Made by a program: the position numbers and the translations under genes. Source: a virus (taxonomy: Duplodnaviria > Caudoviricetes). Taken from it: 56,823 nt of DNA. Below are positions 55,701 to 56,823 of this stretch, piece after piece. Under the pieces are notes generated by a model that was not told the DNA's origin, searched no databases, and was given only the letters and a program-made list of their open reading frames with translations. The DNA is taken from IMG/VR virus record IMGVR_UViG_3300046804_004556, positions 1 through 56,823 of that record; one strand, written 5' to 3'. Position 1 is the first letter of the stretch, and each line of letters starts with the position of its first letter.

Positions 55701-55931
55701 TTAGTTTTGGTTTTGTAATTCTTTTGGATAAAATTCTTCGTTAACTCCTCCGCATTTGGTACAACAAAATGTTGGAATTGGAAGAATTGCGTCTTGAGTA
55801 GTACCAGTTAAAAATTTTGAAGCTTTTCTAATCATTACAGCTTCTTGAAAAGTCTGTCCTCCGCAATGTTCACAAACTACTGGTGTTGTTTTGTCTAGGG
55901 AGAAATTTAATTTCATTTGTTGTTGTTCCAT
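55701..55931 (-). CDS. Zn-ribbon hypothetical protein
   Basis: CEHCG...CTKCG. Confidence 0.6.
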   Translation of the reverse strand: MEQQQMKLNFSLDKTTPVVCEHCGGQTFQEAVMIRKASKFLTGTTQDAILPIPTFCCTKCGGVNEEFYPKELQNQN

Positions 55932-55979
55932 TTACCTATTTTTTATAAACTTAAATTATTTTATCGAATATATAAAGCA

Positions 55980-56300
55980 TTAATCTTGAGTCTCAGCTTT
56001 CTTTTTTCTTGTTCTTGTTTCAACTATCTTTTTTATGTCAGCACATATTTCGTACTCTTCTAAATTTATCATGTCTTGCAAACAATTATTTAAGAAGTTT
56101 TTGTATTCTGATTTTTCCATAGCAAAAACCATTGAGCTCGTATCTTTAAATGATATATCGAATATGTTTATCTGAGGTTTCTTTCTCTTGTATGCACTCA
56201 TTACACACTTGACCATTTTAAATATGATCTCAGGATCTCTCTGTTTCATTTTTTCGAAAAACTCCTGTTCATTCTTCATTAATATGTTATGACAAGCCAT
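55980..56300 (-). CDS. Hypothetical protein with UVR-like motif (paralog of 31728..32087)
   Basis: L..CL......EEYE.CA.IK. Confidence 0.6.
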   Translation of the reverse strand: MACHNILMKNEQEFFEKMKQRDPEIIFKMVKCVMSAYKRKKPQINIFDISFKDTSSMVFAMEKSEYKNFLNNCLQDMINLEEYEICADIKKIVETRTRKKKAETQD

Positions 56301-56359
56301 TTGTTTTTTTATTTTAAATATACGTAATTAATCTATCAATAGAAACTATATTTTTTATG

Positions 56360-56823
56360 TTATTTCAATAATGAATGAAACTTTTTAAATAAGGTAATTC
56401 TTTCTTCGAGTCCGTTTGTTCCTCCATTTATTTTCTGTGTTAATAGTTTCACCACAGATATATCTGCTCCATTATCGGCCAATTTGTGCAACTCATTCTT
56501 ATAAAAAAACCAAGCAGCAGACACTAGAGGATATTTCGTTGCCACAAAATCTGGATTCATAGTCATATCTTCAAGTATGGCTTTTGAAAACTCCACATAA
56601 TTGTTTCTCCCGGTCAATTGTATATATCCTCTGCCTCTAAACTTCCAACCATCACCAGTTGATTTGTTACCGTTACCCATTCTGTCAGCATATACAATAT
56701 TCGCTATCTTTTCAGGCTTTCTCTCATAAAGAAGAGAAGTGGTTTCGTTGAAGTACTTTGGAAAAACTTGAAGAAGTCTCTTAGCTCCGTAGTTTAAATT
56801 TTCTGTTACTACTCTAAATCCTC
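56360..56823 (-). CDS. GH19 chitinase/lysozyme-like endolysin, 5' end outside the window
   Basis: ENLNY, IAN.VY..RMGNG...GDGW.FRGRG.IQLTG..NY, SAAWF, T..INGG.NGL..R. Confidence 0.85.
   Translation of the reverse strand, partial: GFRVVTENLNYGAKRLLQVFPKYFNETTSLLYERKPEKIANIVYADRMGNGNKSTGDGWKFRGRGYIQLTGRNNYVEFSKAILEDMTMNPDFVATKYPLVSAAWFFYKNELHKLADNGADISVVKLLTQKINGGTNGLEERITLFKKFHSLLK

Noticed and set aside
1-56823. Stop-codon reassignment, tRNA or rRNA genes
   Set aside because: Known enzymes are full length in the standard code with TAA, TAG and TGA all used as stops; no cloverleaf or rRNA-like sequence was recognised by eye.

Overview
The window looks like a segment of a large (jumbo-type) lytic dsDNA phage, probably infecting Bacteroidota. 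Essentially all real genes lie on the minus strand, most are short hypothetical ORFs, there are no Shine-Dalgarno sites (A-rich AAAGTTATG-type starts instead), and TAnnTTT(G/A) -7 promoter boxes recur. Layout: (1) 1-8.3 kb, small accessory genes including a UVR/Zn/cupin mannose-6-P isomerase fusion, an M15 peptidase and the UV endonuclease UvsE; (2) 8.3-16.8 kb, a virion/adhesin module with two LamG-like proteins, a BspA-type LRR protein and a 1947-aa internally duplicated Ser/Thr-rich fibre; (3) 16.8-32.4 kb, a putative early region split into cassettes by a thrice-repeated 34-bp promoter-linked element; (4) 32.4-54.3 kb, a glycan biosynthesis island of about 20 genes; (5) 54.3-56.8 kb, a Cas4/RecB-like nuclease, small conserved genes and a truncated GH19 lysin. 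The main finding is in the island. A translationally coupled block (NDP-glucose 4,6-dehydratase, YerE/ErwE-like ThDP enzyme, DmpF, DmpG, SDR, GT2), together with an RfbH/E1 3-dehydrase, chemically predicts a phage-encoded C10 branched 3,6-dideoxy sugar (erwiniose-like). The island also has Gmd/Fcl and three different fucosyltransferase-like families. All family assignments come from motif recognition by eye; no database searches were run.
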